From NCBI GenBank assembly GCA_040882555.1, contig JBBEBC010000147.1, positions 30,358 through 61,830 of the forward strand: 31,473 bases of DNA, given 5' to 3'. The position numbers were made by a program, and so were the translations under genes. How positions within the stretch are numbered: the first letter of the stretch is position 1; each line of letters starts with the position of its first letter. Shown one piece after another: positions 1 to 8,158 of this stretch. This DNA comes from Bacteroidia bacterium. GTDB taxonomy: Bacteria; Bacteroidota; Bacteroidia; M30B66. The notes under the pieces were generated by a model, which was not told where the DNA came from, did not search any database, and saw only the letters and a list, made by a program, of their open reading frames with translations.

Positions 1-538
1 TGCCTTCGGCACGATATCTTTCTAAAAGAGCATCAATTTTTTCTTCCGTTAGGTTTTCATGATACTCAGCTCCGCATTGTAACATAGGCGCTGATCCACA
101 AGAACCGAGACACTCAACGGTTTTTAGAGTGAACATTCCATCTGGAGTAGTTTCCCCATCACGAATATTCAATTTTTTGCCAATATATTCCACAATATCC
201 TCAGCTCCGCGAGTCCAACAAGATGATGTTCTACAAACTTCAAGTTGGCATTTGCCTATCGGCCGAAGGTTATACATGCTATAGAATGAAGCAACTTCAA
301 AAACTTCAATCGATTGAAGCTTCATCGTATCGGCAACCAAATCCATTACTTCGGCACTAAGCCAGCCATCGAACTCTGACTGTGCAATATGAAGTACTGG
401 AAGCAAGGCTGCTTTGTGCTTTCCTTCAGGATATCGACTCATTAAATTCTTAATGGTAGCAAGTGAAGCCTCACTAAAAGCGAGTTTTTCTCTTACCTGA
501 GAATCAAAAGATTGAGTACCGTGTGCGTGTGCAGACAT
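1..538 (-). CDS. nuoE: NADH-quinone oxidoreductase subunit E (24 kDa 2Fe-2S subunit); 3' end cut by the window edge
   Basis: Translated by hand from ATG at 538 down to base 1: MSAHAHGTQSFDSQVREKLAFSEASLATIKNLMSRYPEGKHKAALLPVLHIAQSEFDGW...CQLEVCRTSSC...CLGSCGSAPMLQCGAEYHENLTEEKIDALLERYRAEG. It carries the NuoE-type Cys pairs (C-x4-C and C-x3-C). It lies 9 nt downstream of nuoD in an A-B-C-D-E series. It is absent from the ORF track only because it is partial. Confidence 0.8.
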   Translation of the reverse strand, partial: MSAHAHGTQSFDSQVREKLAFSEASLATIKNLMSRYPEGKHKAALLPVLHIAQSEFDGWLSAEVMDLVADTMKLQSIEVFEVASFYSMYNLRPIGKCQLEVCRTSSCWTRGAEDIVEYIGKKLNIRDGETTPDGMFTLKTVECLGSCGSAPMLQCGAEYHENLTEEKIDALLERYRAEG

Positions 539-547
539 ATTTTTTAC

Positions 548-1759
548 TTAAGCATCAAGTTCACCGGCAATCACATTCATGCTCGACAAGGTTAAGATTG
601 CATCTGATAGCATCTGACCGCGGATCATTTCTGGATAAGCCTGATAATAAATAAAACAAGGGCGACGGAAATGTAATCTGTAAGGAGTTCTTCCTCCATC
701 TGAAATTAGGTAATAGCCTAATTCACCATTTCCACCTTCAACTGAGTGGTATACTTCACCAGCAGGAAGTTCAACTTCACCCATCACTATTTTAAAGTGC
801 CAGATTAGTGCTTCCATACTTTTATAAACTTCTTCTTTTGGAGGAAGATAAAACTCTGGACAATCAGCCATGTGGTTTCCTTCCGGAAGATTGTCAAGTG
901 CATTTTGAATAATCTTTAAGCTCTGACGAATTTCTTCCTGACGTACGCAGAATCTGTCGTAGGTATCGCCTTGAGTTCCAATTGGAATAGTGAAATCAAA
1001 ATCATCGTAAGAGCAATAAGGATTCATCACTCTTATGTCTAAATCAACTCCTGCAGCTCTTAAGTTTGGTCCAGTAAAACCATAGCTCAATGCTCTTTCG
1101 CCCGATATAGGGCCAACACCGATAACCCTATCCATGAAAATCCTGTTACGGATTAACAAGCCTTCAAATTCCTGAAAACGAGCTGGAAATCCTTTAAGGA
1201 AATCGCGAATCATTTCATGGACTTTAGGGCTTAAATCTCTTTCAAAACCACCGATACGACCAATGTTGGTTGTAAGGCGTGCTCCACAAACTTGCTCGAA
1301 AATATCGTAAATGCGTTCTCTTTCTTGGAACATAAATGTGAAGCCTGTTAAAGCTCCGGCATCTACCCCTAACACAGTATTACAAACCAAATGGTCGGCA
1401 ATTCTAGAAAGTTCCATGATAATAATCCTCATGTAATCAATCTTTTTGTTAGTCTGAACTCCTAGCAGCTTTTCCACTGTCATATGCCATCCCATGTTAT
1501 TTATGGGTGATGAGCAATAATTTAGTCGGTCTGTTATAGGCGTTACTTGATAAAATGGACGGTGTTCGGCCAATTTTTCAAATGCTCTATGAATATAACC
1601 AATGGTTGGTTCTGAATCAATGATAATTTCACCATCCATTTGCAGGACGTTTTGAAATACACCATGGGTTGCAGGGTGAGTAGGACCAAGGTTGAGTGTG
1701 TTATACTTCTTACCTTCGTCAGCAACATTTTCTTCTCCGAATATGGAATTTTCTTTCAT
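548..1759 (-). CDS. nuoD: NADH-quinone oxidoreductase subunit D (49 kDa)
   Basis: The 403-aa ORF has the NuoD/NiFe-hydrogenase large-subunit-like fold, with a conserved C-terminal ...RLHFRRPCFIYYQAYPEMIRGQMLSDAILTLSSMNVIAGELDA. It is flanked by nuoC and nuoE. Confidence 0.9.
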   Translation of the reverse strand: MKENSIFGEENVADEGKKYNTLNLGPTHPATHGVFQNVLQMDGEIIIDSEPTIGYIHRAFEKLAEHRPFYQVTPITDRLNYCSSPINNMGWHMTVEKLLGVQTNKKIDYMRIIIMELSRIADHLVCNTVLGVDAGALTGFTFMFQERERIYDIFEQVCGARLTTNIGRIGGFERDLSPKVHEMIRDFLKGFPARFQEFEGLLIRNRIFMDRVIGVGPISGERALSYGFTGPNLRAAGVDLDIRVMNPYCSYDDFDFTIPIGTQGDTYDRFCVRQEEIRQSLKIIQNALDNLPEGNHMADCPEFYLPPKEEVYKSMEALIWHFKIVMGEVELPAGEVYHSVEGGNGELGYYLISDGGRTPYRLHFRRPCFIYYQAYPEMIRGQMLSDAILTLSSMNVIAGELDA

Positions 1760-1768
1760 AATTCTCTT

Positions 1769-2272
1769 TTAGCGGCCAAAGAATCGGTCATCTTTATCTT
1801 CTCTGGAAGAATCTTCCAGAGGATATTGTTTTAATAGCGGGAAGTAATCCATATGATCAACATTCAGGATTCTTCTTAAGTCTGGGTGATCTGTAAATTT
1901 TATTCCAAAGAAATCGTAGGTTTCACGTTCCATCCAGTTTGCTGCCGCATAAAGTCCAGTAAGACTGTTAACCTCTGGAGCATTTTCAGGCATCCAACAA
2001 ACAAGCCGTAGCCTGTAGTTGTGAATCAAACTATGCAAGTGCACAACAACTCCTAGCTCTTTACCTTTTTGCTCGGGCATGTGAACACCGCAGAGGTCGG
2101 TTAGAAAGATAAATTGCATGTCGTCATCGTCTCTTAAAAATCGGATAATGTCAACATTTTTAGAAGCTGATATTTCCACTTTCATCATTCCGTATGGAAT
2201 GCTCTGAGAGATAATATCTTCAGCAAATTTACCTTGCAGTTTTTCTAAAACCTGTTCGTGAGTTAATGCCAT
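1769..2272 (-). CDS. nuoC: NADH-quinone oxidoreductase subunit C (30 kDa), not fused to nuoD
   Basis: A 167-aa ORF between nuoB and nuoD. Its size and position fit NuoC. The separate C and D genes are typical of Bacteroidota. Confidence 0.85.
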   Translation of the reverse strand: MALTHEQVLEKLQGKFAEDIISQSIPYGMMKVEISASKNVDIIRFLRDDDDMQFIFLTDLCGVHMPEQKGKELGVVVHLHSLIHNYRLRLVCWMPENAPEVNSLTGLYAAANWMERETYDFFGIKFTDHPDLRRILNVDHMDYFPLLKQYPLEDSSREDKDDRFFGR

Positions 2273-2273
2273 C

Positions 2274-2816
2274 TTATTCTATTCCGTAAGATTCAAGTAA
2301 GGCTTTGTATTCAGGTTGATTTCTTCTGCGAAGACTTTCATTTTTAACTAGCTCCTGAATTTTCATTACTCCATCAATAATTTGTTCTGGGCGAGGAGGG
2401 CAACCAGGTACGTAAACGTCGACTGGAATTATTCTGTCAATTCCTTGTAAAACGCTATACGTGTCGAAAATACCTCCGCTGGAAGCGCAAGCACCCACTG
2501 AAATAACCCAACGAGGCTCAGCCATTTGCTCATAAACCTGCTTAAGGATTGGTCCCATTTTCTTGGCAATTGTTCCCATTACCATCAGTAAATCGGCTTG
2601 ACGAGGAGAGAAACTCATACGCTCGGAACCAAATCTTGCTAAATCATAATTCGAACCCATGGTAGCCATGAATTCAATACCACAACAAGATGTAGCGAAA
2701 GGTAAAGGCCAAATTGAATTGGCTCTAGCAAGACCAATAACGGTGTCTAAACTTGTTGCGAAAAACCCTTGTCCTTCATGACCTTCGGGAGCTTCAACCA
2801 TTTTCACATTACTCAT
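2274..2816 (-). CDS. nuoB: NADH-quinone oxidoreductase subunit B (20 kDa, 4Fe-4S N2 cluster)
   Basis: A 180-aa ORF with the NuoB cysteine motifs (ATSCCGIEF ... GACASSGG ... VPGCPPRP). There is a 1-nt gap to nuoC, consistent with translational coupling. Confidence 0.9.
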   Translation of the reverse strand: MSNVKMVEAPEGHEGQGFFATSLDTVIGLARANSIWPLPFATSCCGIEFMATMGSNYDLARFGSERMSFSPRQADLLMVMGTIAKKMGPILKQVYEQMAEPRWVISVGACASSGGIFDTYSVLQGIDRIIPVDVYVPGCPPRPEQIIDGVMKIQELVKNESLRRRNQPEYKALLESYGIE

Positions 2817-2838
2817 ATATCTCTAAAGTTTAGAAGTG

Positions 2839-3204
2839 TTAATTCCAAGTAAAAGCTTTTTTACGGAACAAATACAGAAAGCCCAACAAAAACAAGGCAA
2901 CGAAAAGAAACATAGCTATAAAGCCTTGCATTCCAAATTCGCGAAAGTTGGTTGCCCAAGGGTAGAAGAATATAACCTCCACGTCAAATAGCACAAACAG
3001 GATTGCTGTAAGAAAATATTTGATGGAGAAAGGCAAACGTGCATTTCCCTGTGATTCAATACCACACTCAAAACTTTCTAATTTCTTAGCGCTTTTCCGA
3101 TTTGGCCCAATAAGATGGGTGATAATTAATACCATAGCAACAAATCCAAAGGCAAAAACCAATTGGATGAGTAGGGGTAAATATTCACTTCCTTGTATTT
3201 CCAT
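2839..3204 (-). CDS. nuoA: NADH-quinone oxidoreductase subunit A
   Basis: The track ORF runs to 3294 (151 aa), but NuoA is about 120 aa. The internal Met (MEIQGSEYLPLLIQLVFAFGFVAMVLIITHLIGP...) at about 3204 starts directly at TM1, with the conserved ESFECGIE motif following. The extra 30 codons are probably not translated. Confidence 0.75.
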   Translation of the reverse strand: MEIQGSEYLPLLIQLVFAFGFVAMVLIITHLIGPNRKSAKKLESFECGIESQGNARLPFSIKYFLTAILFVLFDVEVIFFYPWATNFREFGMQGFIAMFLFVALFLLGFLYLFRKKAFTWN

Positions 3205-3351
3205 ATTTAATACACTTCGTGTTGAAAGCCTAACAAAACCAAGCATAACTTGTTCAAGTTGGCGTTTCGATTTTGCGCCCAAAGGTACAAACAAAAGTTA
3301 TTGAAATCGGGTAAATCGATTCAAGTGCTGAATATCAATTTTTATTGAGTA

Positions 3352-3399
3352 ATAAAGCTTGTGTAGATATCACCTAAACTCCGTGATAATGAGCTTTAT
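3352..3399. other. Nested stem-loop in the nuo/T9SS divergent intergenic region (outer 8-bp stem ATAAAGCT/AGCTTTAT, inner 5-bp stem ATCAC/GTGAT)
   Basis: Perfect inverted repeats read directly from the sequence. No U-tract follows directly on either strand, so this is not a clean intrinsic terminator. It could lie in the nuo operon 5' leader. Confidence 0.3.
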
Positions 3400-3472
3400 G
3401 CATTTTAGAACCTTTTTGTTTTCTTCTTATTTATCAAAGTGCACGAGGTGAAAACTAAGCTATTTGAATTAA

Positions 3473-3480
3473 TACATTTG
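3473..3480 (+). promoter_or_regulatory. Bacteroidetes-type -7 promoter element (TAcaTTTG) for the downstream T9SS-substrate gene
   Basis: It matches the TAnnTTTG consensus exactly and ends 22 nt before the ATG at 3503. No -33 TTG sits at the canonical spacing, so this is only moderately supported. Confidence 0.35.
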
Positions 3481-3502
3481 TATTTCAATAATTAAACAAG
3501 AA

Positions 3503-4501
3503 ATGAAAAGAGTTCTACTTTCTATTGCATTATTTTCTTCTGCCGTCGTGTTAGCTGATCCAGGTGATACTTTGGGTGTTACCTTCGGCACAACGCCCAC
3601 TTTTGCGCCAAATAATCAAGCTATTCTGTTGCCATATGTGTTACAGGGAGGTTATGTTTATGGAGTTAATGGTGATCCCAACGAACTAAATGCAATTGCT
3701 CAGGGGTATATTCTTGAAGATCCATCAACTGTTGAAGGCGTTTTAATGTTTGTTGGGGCTAAAACAAAAGGTCCTGCAAATATTCCTAATACAAGACTTA
3801 CATTTAATTTATTTCAGATGTCAGCAACAGGAGCTCAGAAAATCACTTCTCCTAATCCTTTTGCTTCGGTGCCTGTTGAAGGGCCAGGCTCTACTGTATT
3901 AGCTAGCGGACAGCTTTTCTTCGAAGAAATAGACACAGCTAGTCTTGCATATTCTTATGTTGGTTTTACTGTGCCTGCTCAGGTAAATGGAAATATTGCA
4001 GTTGGAGTTGATTTAACTGATTTAAAAACTGCTGGGGATACAGTTGGATTTATTTGTGATAACCTAGGTAGTGCCAATGGTATTGACTATGCTTTTCATA
4101 GAGCCGGCAGTGGACAAACTGCTGTTTGGTACACTACTAACAGTCTATTTGGCGGAGCACTAGATAATAACATTGCTATTTTTCCAGTACTAACTGCTCC
4201 TGAGCCGAGCAGCATCGGTGATGAAATATCCTTTATGGGATTAAGTACTTCGGTATATCCTAATCCAGTGTCGAACACCTTGAATGTAACATTAAGCCTT
4301 GAAACATCAGAAAATGCACATTTAACATTGCTTCAAGCAACAGGTAATGCAGTAGTTTCTTCACTTCGTGTGAAGGCAGGAAAAGTAAAAACTACACATC
4401 AATTGGATGTGAGCAATGTTTCTGCTGGAAACTATATTTTACTTATTGAAGGTGAAAACGGAGAAAGAACTGCTCGTAAAGTGATTATTACAAGACAATA
4501 A
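3503..4501 (+). CDS. Secreted protein of unknown function with a T9SS (Por) C-terminal sorting domain
   Basis: It has an N-terminal signal peptide (MKRVLLSIALFSSAVVLA). The C-terminal ~85 aa (SVYPNPVSNTLNVTLSLETSENAHLTLLQATGNAVVSSLRVKAGKVKTTHQLDVSNVSAGNYILLIEGENGERTARKVIITRQ) match the TIGR04183-type T9SS CTD beta-sandwich. Confidence 0.75.
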   Translation: MKRVLLSIALFSSAVVLADPGDTLGVTFGTTPTFAPNNQAILLPYVLQGGYVYGVNGDPNELNAIAQGYILEDPSTVEGVLMFVGAKTKGPANIPNTRLTFNLFQMSATGAQKITSPNPFASVPVEGPGSTVLASGQLFFEEIDTASLAYSYVGFTVPAQVNGNIAVGVDLTDLKTAGDTVGFICDNLGSANGIDYAFHRAGSGQTAVWYTTNSLFGGALDNNIAIFPVLTAPEPSSIGDEISFMGLSTSVYPNPVSNTLNVTLSLETSENAHLTLLQATGNAVVSSLRVKAGKVKTTHQLDVSNVSAGNYILLIEGENGERTARKVIITRQ

Positions 4502-4525
4502 ATAATTAATGTTTGTTTTTGACGA

Positions 4526-4557
4526 GGAGCTTCTTTTTTAGGAGCTCCTTTTTTATT
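4526..4557 (+). terminator. Rho-independent terminator after the T9SS-substrate gene
   Basis: The hairpin GGAGCT-tcttttttagg-AGCTCC is followed by TTTTTTATT. The U-tract overlaps the stop codon of the convergent TPR gene. Confidence 0.6.
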
Positions 4558-6397
4558 GTAATACATCTCCGCGCAGAGCCCTGAATCTTCTTCGTGCTTC
4601 AGCCACATATAAAGAACCTGGAAATTCAGTTAAAAGGGCCTTGTAATATTCCATCGCTTCCTCTTTCTTATTAAGCTTATTCTCTAAAAGCTTTGCCAAC
4701 TCATACAGCCCATTATCGGCCAAAATATCTTCGTGGTGCACACTAATTAACTGCTGATAAAGCTTTGCAGCATCTTCATATCGTTTCTGTTTCACAGCAA
4801 TACCAGCTTTTCTATAAAGAATGTCATCTGCTAAAGTTGATTCAGGAAATTCATCTGATAATGAATCAAGTGTTGAAACTGCCATATTAATTTTACCCTG
4901 ATACATCCATAGATCTGCACGAGCAAACATGCTTAGGGCAACACCAGTAGTATCAAAAACAAGATTATCGCCAATAAGTAAGCTTAATTCCATCGCATCA
5001 TTAGCAATAAACTTTGAAGTTGCAGCTTTGAGCACGTCCAATTGAGCTTTGGCCCATTCAAAATCTCCTTTGTAATAAGCCAGGCGTGCATTTCTAAATT
5101 TTGCTTCTTGACTTAATGTGTCAGGCTTCATTGCTTTCTCAATTTGAGAATAACTGAGAGTTGCCTCCCAAACATCTCCCGAAAGCAACTGAATATCAGC
5201 AACCTCAAGTTTTACCTCATTTTGAGCTCTGTCTGGTAAACCACTTGATGAAACCATATACGGGTTTAACAATGCCAAAGCAGCGTCTGTTTCATCTTTG
5301 TAAAAGGCCTTTAAATGTCCCAATCTAATAACTAGAGCAACAGACGAAAGGGCATCGGTTGATTTTTGCAGAGCTTCTTTTAACATCACTTCCAATTCAC
5401 CTAATTGTTCAGCTGTGTAATCTGAGTCCTTCAGAAGGCGATCATAAAAGGCAATGGCTAATTCTTGTTTAGCGATGACATAAGCGGCAGATTGAGGCCC
5501 TTTTGTCATCAAGTATTCGTATCCGTTCTTACCTTCCTCAAAGGCATCATTATCCATACAAATTCTGGCAACTTGGAGCACACGGCTGCCGCTTTCGTTA
5601 AAGCGTTTATCTAATGCCTTGCTTTGCGTAATAGCTGATCCAAAATCTTTTTTCTGAATAAACATCCAAACTAGCAAATCTGAAAAAACTAGATTCTCTG
5701 GATTTCTCTGGACTTCTTTGAGTAATTTTTCTCTTAGCAATTCAGTCTTTTCACCACCAGCATCATTTACAATGATGTCTTGAAGGCGGTTTTGAATATT
5801 TTCAATATAAGTAATCCCATTTCCATTAAGCAATCTGAAATACTCGTCAAGCATTTTAGAAGTTTCCCCGGTGCGGATATAAATATCTGCCAGCTCCATT
5901 TCAAAATTATAGGGTCTTGGAATTTTACTTCTTGCTTGCAGATAAGTTTTTTCGGCAAGTTCAATTTTGTTTCTAAGCAGATATGCATTTGCTAGTTCAG
6001 TAACCTGCCTATCGTCTTGTGGATTTAACTCCTTCAGAACTTTTTCATATTCCTTTTGAGCTTTTTTTTCATCGTCTAAAACCGAGTATACATATGCTAG
6101 GTCTATTTGAAAGTTAAGTTGGCGAGGATTTCTTTTTACATGTTTATTGATAAGCTTCTCTGCTGCCTTTTGATCCTTCATATTGATATAGCAGGTAAGC
6201 AGCTGGTTGTAATAAAAGGTAACAGGCTTGTCGGAATATAATCTCGAATACATGTCGGCAGCCAAATCCCATTGCTCCAGTTGATAATATTGTCCTGCAA
6301 GGCGTTCTTCAGTATTGCTATTATCATCAGTAGGCTGAGAAAAAGCGAAAGTGTTTACACACATTAATAGAAGCAAGACAAGAGCTGACTTCATCAT
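4553..6397 (-). CDS. Tetratricopeptide-repeat protein with signal peptide
   Basis: The track ORF extends to 6472, but the likely start is the MMKSALVLLLLMCVNTFAFSQ signal peptide (Met at about 6397/6394). The rest of the ~610 aa consists of TPR-like helical repeats (recurring A/Y/L heptad patterns, many YxxLA motifs). Confidence 0.7.
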   Translation of the reverse strand: MMKSALVLLLLMCVNTFAFSQPTDDNSNTEERLAGQYYQLEQWDLAADMYSRLYSDKPVTFYYNQLLTCYINMKDQKAAEKLINKHVKRNPRQLNFQIDLAYVYSVLDDEKKAQKEYEKVLKELNPQDDRQVTELANAYLLRNKIELAEKTYLQARSKIPRPYNFEMELADIYIRTGETSKMLDEYFRLLNGNGITYIENIQNRLQDIIVNDAGGEKTELLREKLLKEVQRNPENLVFSDLLVWMFIQKKDFGSAITQSKALDKRFNESGSRVLQVARICMDNDAFEEGKNGYEYLMTKGPQSAAYVIAKQELAIAFYDRLLKDSDYTAEQLGELEVMLKEALQKSTDALSSVALVIRLGHLKAFYKDETDAALALLNPYMVSSSGLPDRAQNEVKLEVADIQLLSGDVWEATLSYSQIEKAMKPDTLSQEAKFRNARLAYYKGDFEWAKAQLDVLKAATSKFIANDAMELSLLIGDNLVFDTTGVALSMFARADLWMYQGKINMAVSTLDSLSDEFPESTLADDILYRKAGIAVKQKRYEDAAKLYQQLISVHHEDILADNGLYELAKLLENKLNKKEEAMEYYKALLTEFPGSLYVAEARRRFRALRGDVLQ

Positions 6398-6533
6398 CCG
6401 CCGGCAGGCGAAAACAATACAAGAGAAAGAATAATAGTGTTTGGGCATTTTAAATTCCTTATTCAAGGGCACAAGTTAGTTATCTAAAACGTTCAGGAAT
6501 CGAGAAAGTTATGCAGAGATTGAACAATGATGT

Positions 6534-6570
6534 TGAAAAAAGAAGCCCCGAATAAAATTTATCCGGGGCA
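6534..6570 (-). terminator. Rho-independent terminator after the plug-domain gene
   Basis: The minus-strand transcript reads GCCCCGG-ataaattttatt-CCGGGGC followed by TTCTTTTTTC. The stem is GC-rich and perfect. Confidence 0.55.
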
Positions 6571-6609
6571 GTCCTTTGAAGATAAGCACCAAAACAACCA
6601 AGCAAAGGA

Positions 6610-7299
6610 CTAAAACGATTTTGTGCTGATAAGGACTACACCACTTGTTGTATCACCATATTGAGCTGGAATTCCGCCTGTTATGACTACAATTTCACCA
6701 ATTCCACGGTTAGGAAGTTGAGGGTCGCCAATTACTTTAACTCCGTCTATCATATACAAGGTGGCTCCGGTTCTTGAACCTGAGAAATTCAATTCTCCGC
6801 CATCCTGACGCATATAAACTTTGGGTACACTAGAACCGATAATTGTTCCGATATCTCTTAGTGTTGCAGTTTGATTAATTTGTTCTGCATCAATTCTTGT
6901 CATTGTGCCAGGAGTTCCTGCGCCTAATAAATCATTAATCCATCTATCGTAGATAATTTCAACAGTTTTACCTTCTTTCAAGTTGATGCTTTTATCTATA
7001 AACGTAATAGAGCCATTGCTTATAACAACATCCGATATAATATTTGTTACGTATCCTAAAGAAGAAATTTCCACTTCATATTTACCTACAGGGATTCCGC
7101 TAATAGAGAATTTTCCTTTTTCATTTGTGAAATCACCAAGTGTATTTGTGCCTGACTGAAGTTTAATCACAGCCATTTCAATTGGTAAACCACTAATCTC
7201 ATCAGTTATAGTTCCTTTTAATTCACCGGTTGATCCTTGAGCAAGCAGTAAAGCAGTATTTAAAATGAGAAATGTAAGAATGAGCATAATATTTTTCAT
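6610..7299 (-). CDS. Stand-alone CarboxypepD_reg-like plus TonB-dependent-receptor plug domain protein (no beta-barrel)
   Basis: It has a signal peptide (MKNIMLILTFLILNTALLLAQ), a carboxypeptidase-regulatory-like beta-sandwich (GTITDEISGLPIEMAVIKL...GKYEVEISSLGY), and then a plug domain ending in the typical ...GEIVVITGGIPAQYGDTTSGVVLISTKSF. The ORF ends there with an intrinsic terminator. There is no room downstream for a 22-strand barrel. Confidence 0.7.
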   Translation of the reverse strand: MKNIMLILTFLILNTALLLAQGSTGELKGTITDEISGLPIEMAVIKLQSGTNTLGDFTNEKGKFSISGIPVGKYEVEISSLGYVTNIISDVVISNGSITFIDKSINLKEGKTVEIIYDRWINDLLGAGTPGTMTRIDAEQINQTATLRDIGTIIGSSVPKVYMRQDGGELNFSGSRTGATLYMIDGVKVIGDPQLPNRGIGEIVVITGGIPAQYGDTTSGVVLISTKSF

Positions 7300-7425
7300 A
7301 ATTCATTGATTTGATACCAAACTTAAGAAATGCCTAAAGCTTTGCCAACAACAAGTAAACGGCTGTGTCGCTTACATTATTGAAAGGAATAGACATCAAA
7401 AATTACATTATTTGTTAAAAACTAT

Positions 7426-7455
7426 TTGGAGTTTGTTGATGAATCATTACTTTTG
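7426..7455 (+). promoter_or_regulatory. Bacteroidetes sigma-A-type promoter for rplU-rpmA (-33 TTG at 7426-7428; -7 TActTTTG at 7448-7455)
   Basis: It matches the consensus exactly. The -33 and -7 elements are 19 nt apart. The predicted TSS near 7460 gives a leader of about 33 nt before the ATG at 7494. Confidence 0.5.
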
Positions 7456-7493
7456 CATCCCTTTTCTAAGAAGAGGTTTAAATCCATTTTTAT

Positions 7494-7805
7494 ATGTACG
7501 CAATTGTAGATATCGCAGGTCAGCAGTTTAAAGTGGAGAAAGATCAGCAGCTTTTTGTACATCGTCTGGCTTCAGACGAAGGTGCAAGCGTTAGTTTCGA
7601 CCAAGTTCTTTTGGTTGATAATAACGGTAAAGTGCAGGTTGGAGCTCCCACCGTTAGCGGTGCATCCGTGAGTGCCAAGGTACTCAGTCATCTTAAAGGT
7701 GACAAAGTGATCGTTTTCAAGAAGAAACGTCGTAAAGGCTATCAGAAGTCAAACGGTCATCGTCAACAATTCACTAAAATTCAGATCGAAGGCATCAAAG
7801 CCTAA
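7494..7805 (+). CDS. rplU: 50S ribosomal protein L21
   Basis: The 103-aa product begins [18 protein letters not shown]... and ends in the K/R-rich ...[26 protein letters not shown], which is a canonical L21. Confidence 0.95.
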   Translation: MYAIVDIAGQQFKVEKDQQLFVHRLASDEGASVSFDQVLLVDNNGKVQVGAPTVSGASVSAKVLSHLKGDKVIVFKKKRRKGYQKSNGHRQQFTKIQIEGIKA

Positions 7806-7817
7806 AAATTAAACGTC

Positions 7818-8078
7818 ATGGCACACAAAAAAGGGGCGGGTAGTTCGAAAAACGGACGTGAATCGCATAGTAAACGTCTAGGGGTTAAAATCTTTGGAGG
7901 TCAATTGGCTATTGCCGGAAATATTATCATTCGTCAGCGTGGCACAAAACACCATCCTGGAGAAAATGTTGGGATGGGTAAAGACCATACTCTATTCGCA
8001 TTAATTGATGGTACTGTTCAATTTAAGCGTCGTGGAGATGATAAGTCTTTTGTTTCGATTCAACCATTTGAAGCTTAA
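7818..8078 (+). CDS. rpmA: 50S ribosomal protein L27
   Basis: The 86-aa product [29 protein letters not shown]...[21 protein letters not shown] is a canonical L27. It lies 12 nt after rplU. Confidence 0.95.
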   Translation: MAHKKGAGSSKNGRESHSKRLGVKIFGGQLAIAGNIIIRQRGTKHHPGENVGMGKDHTLFALIDGTVQFKRRGDDKSFVSIQPFEA

Positions 8079-8106
8079 CAGCTAACTAAATAGTATTAAA
8101 ACAAAA

Positions 8107-8140
8107 GCCTCTGCAGAATTTCTGCAGAGGCTTTTTTATT
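8107..8140. terminator. Bidirectional rho-independent terminator between rpmA (+) and the convergent transglycosylase gene (-)
   Basis: A perfect palindrome, AAGCCTCTGCAGAA-t-TTCTGCAGAGGCTT, is flanked by an A-run on the left and TTTTTTATT on the right. It therefore gives a U-tract on both strands. Confidence 0.7.
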
Positions 8141-8158
8141 GTCTTAATCGATCTGTTA

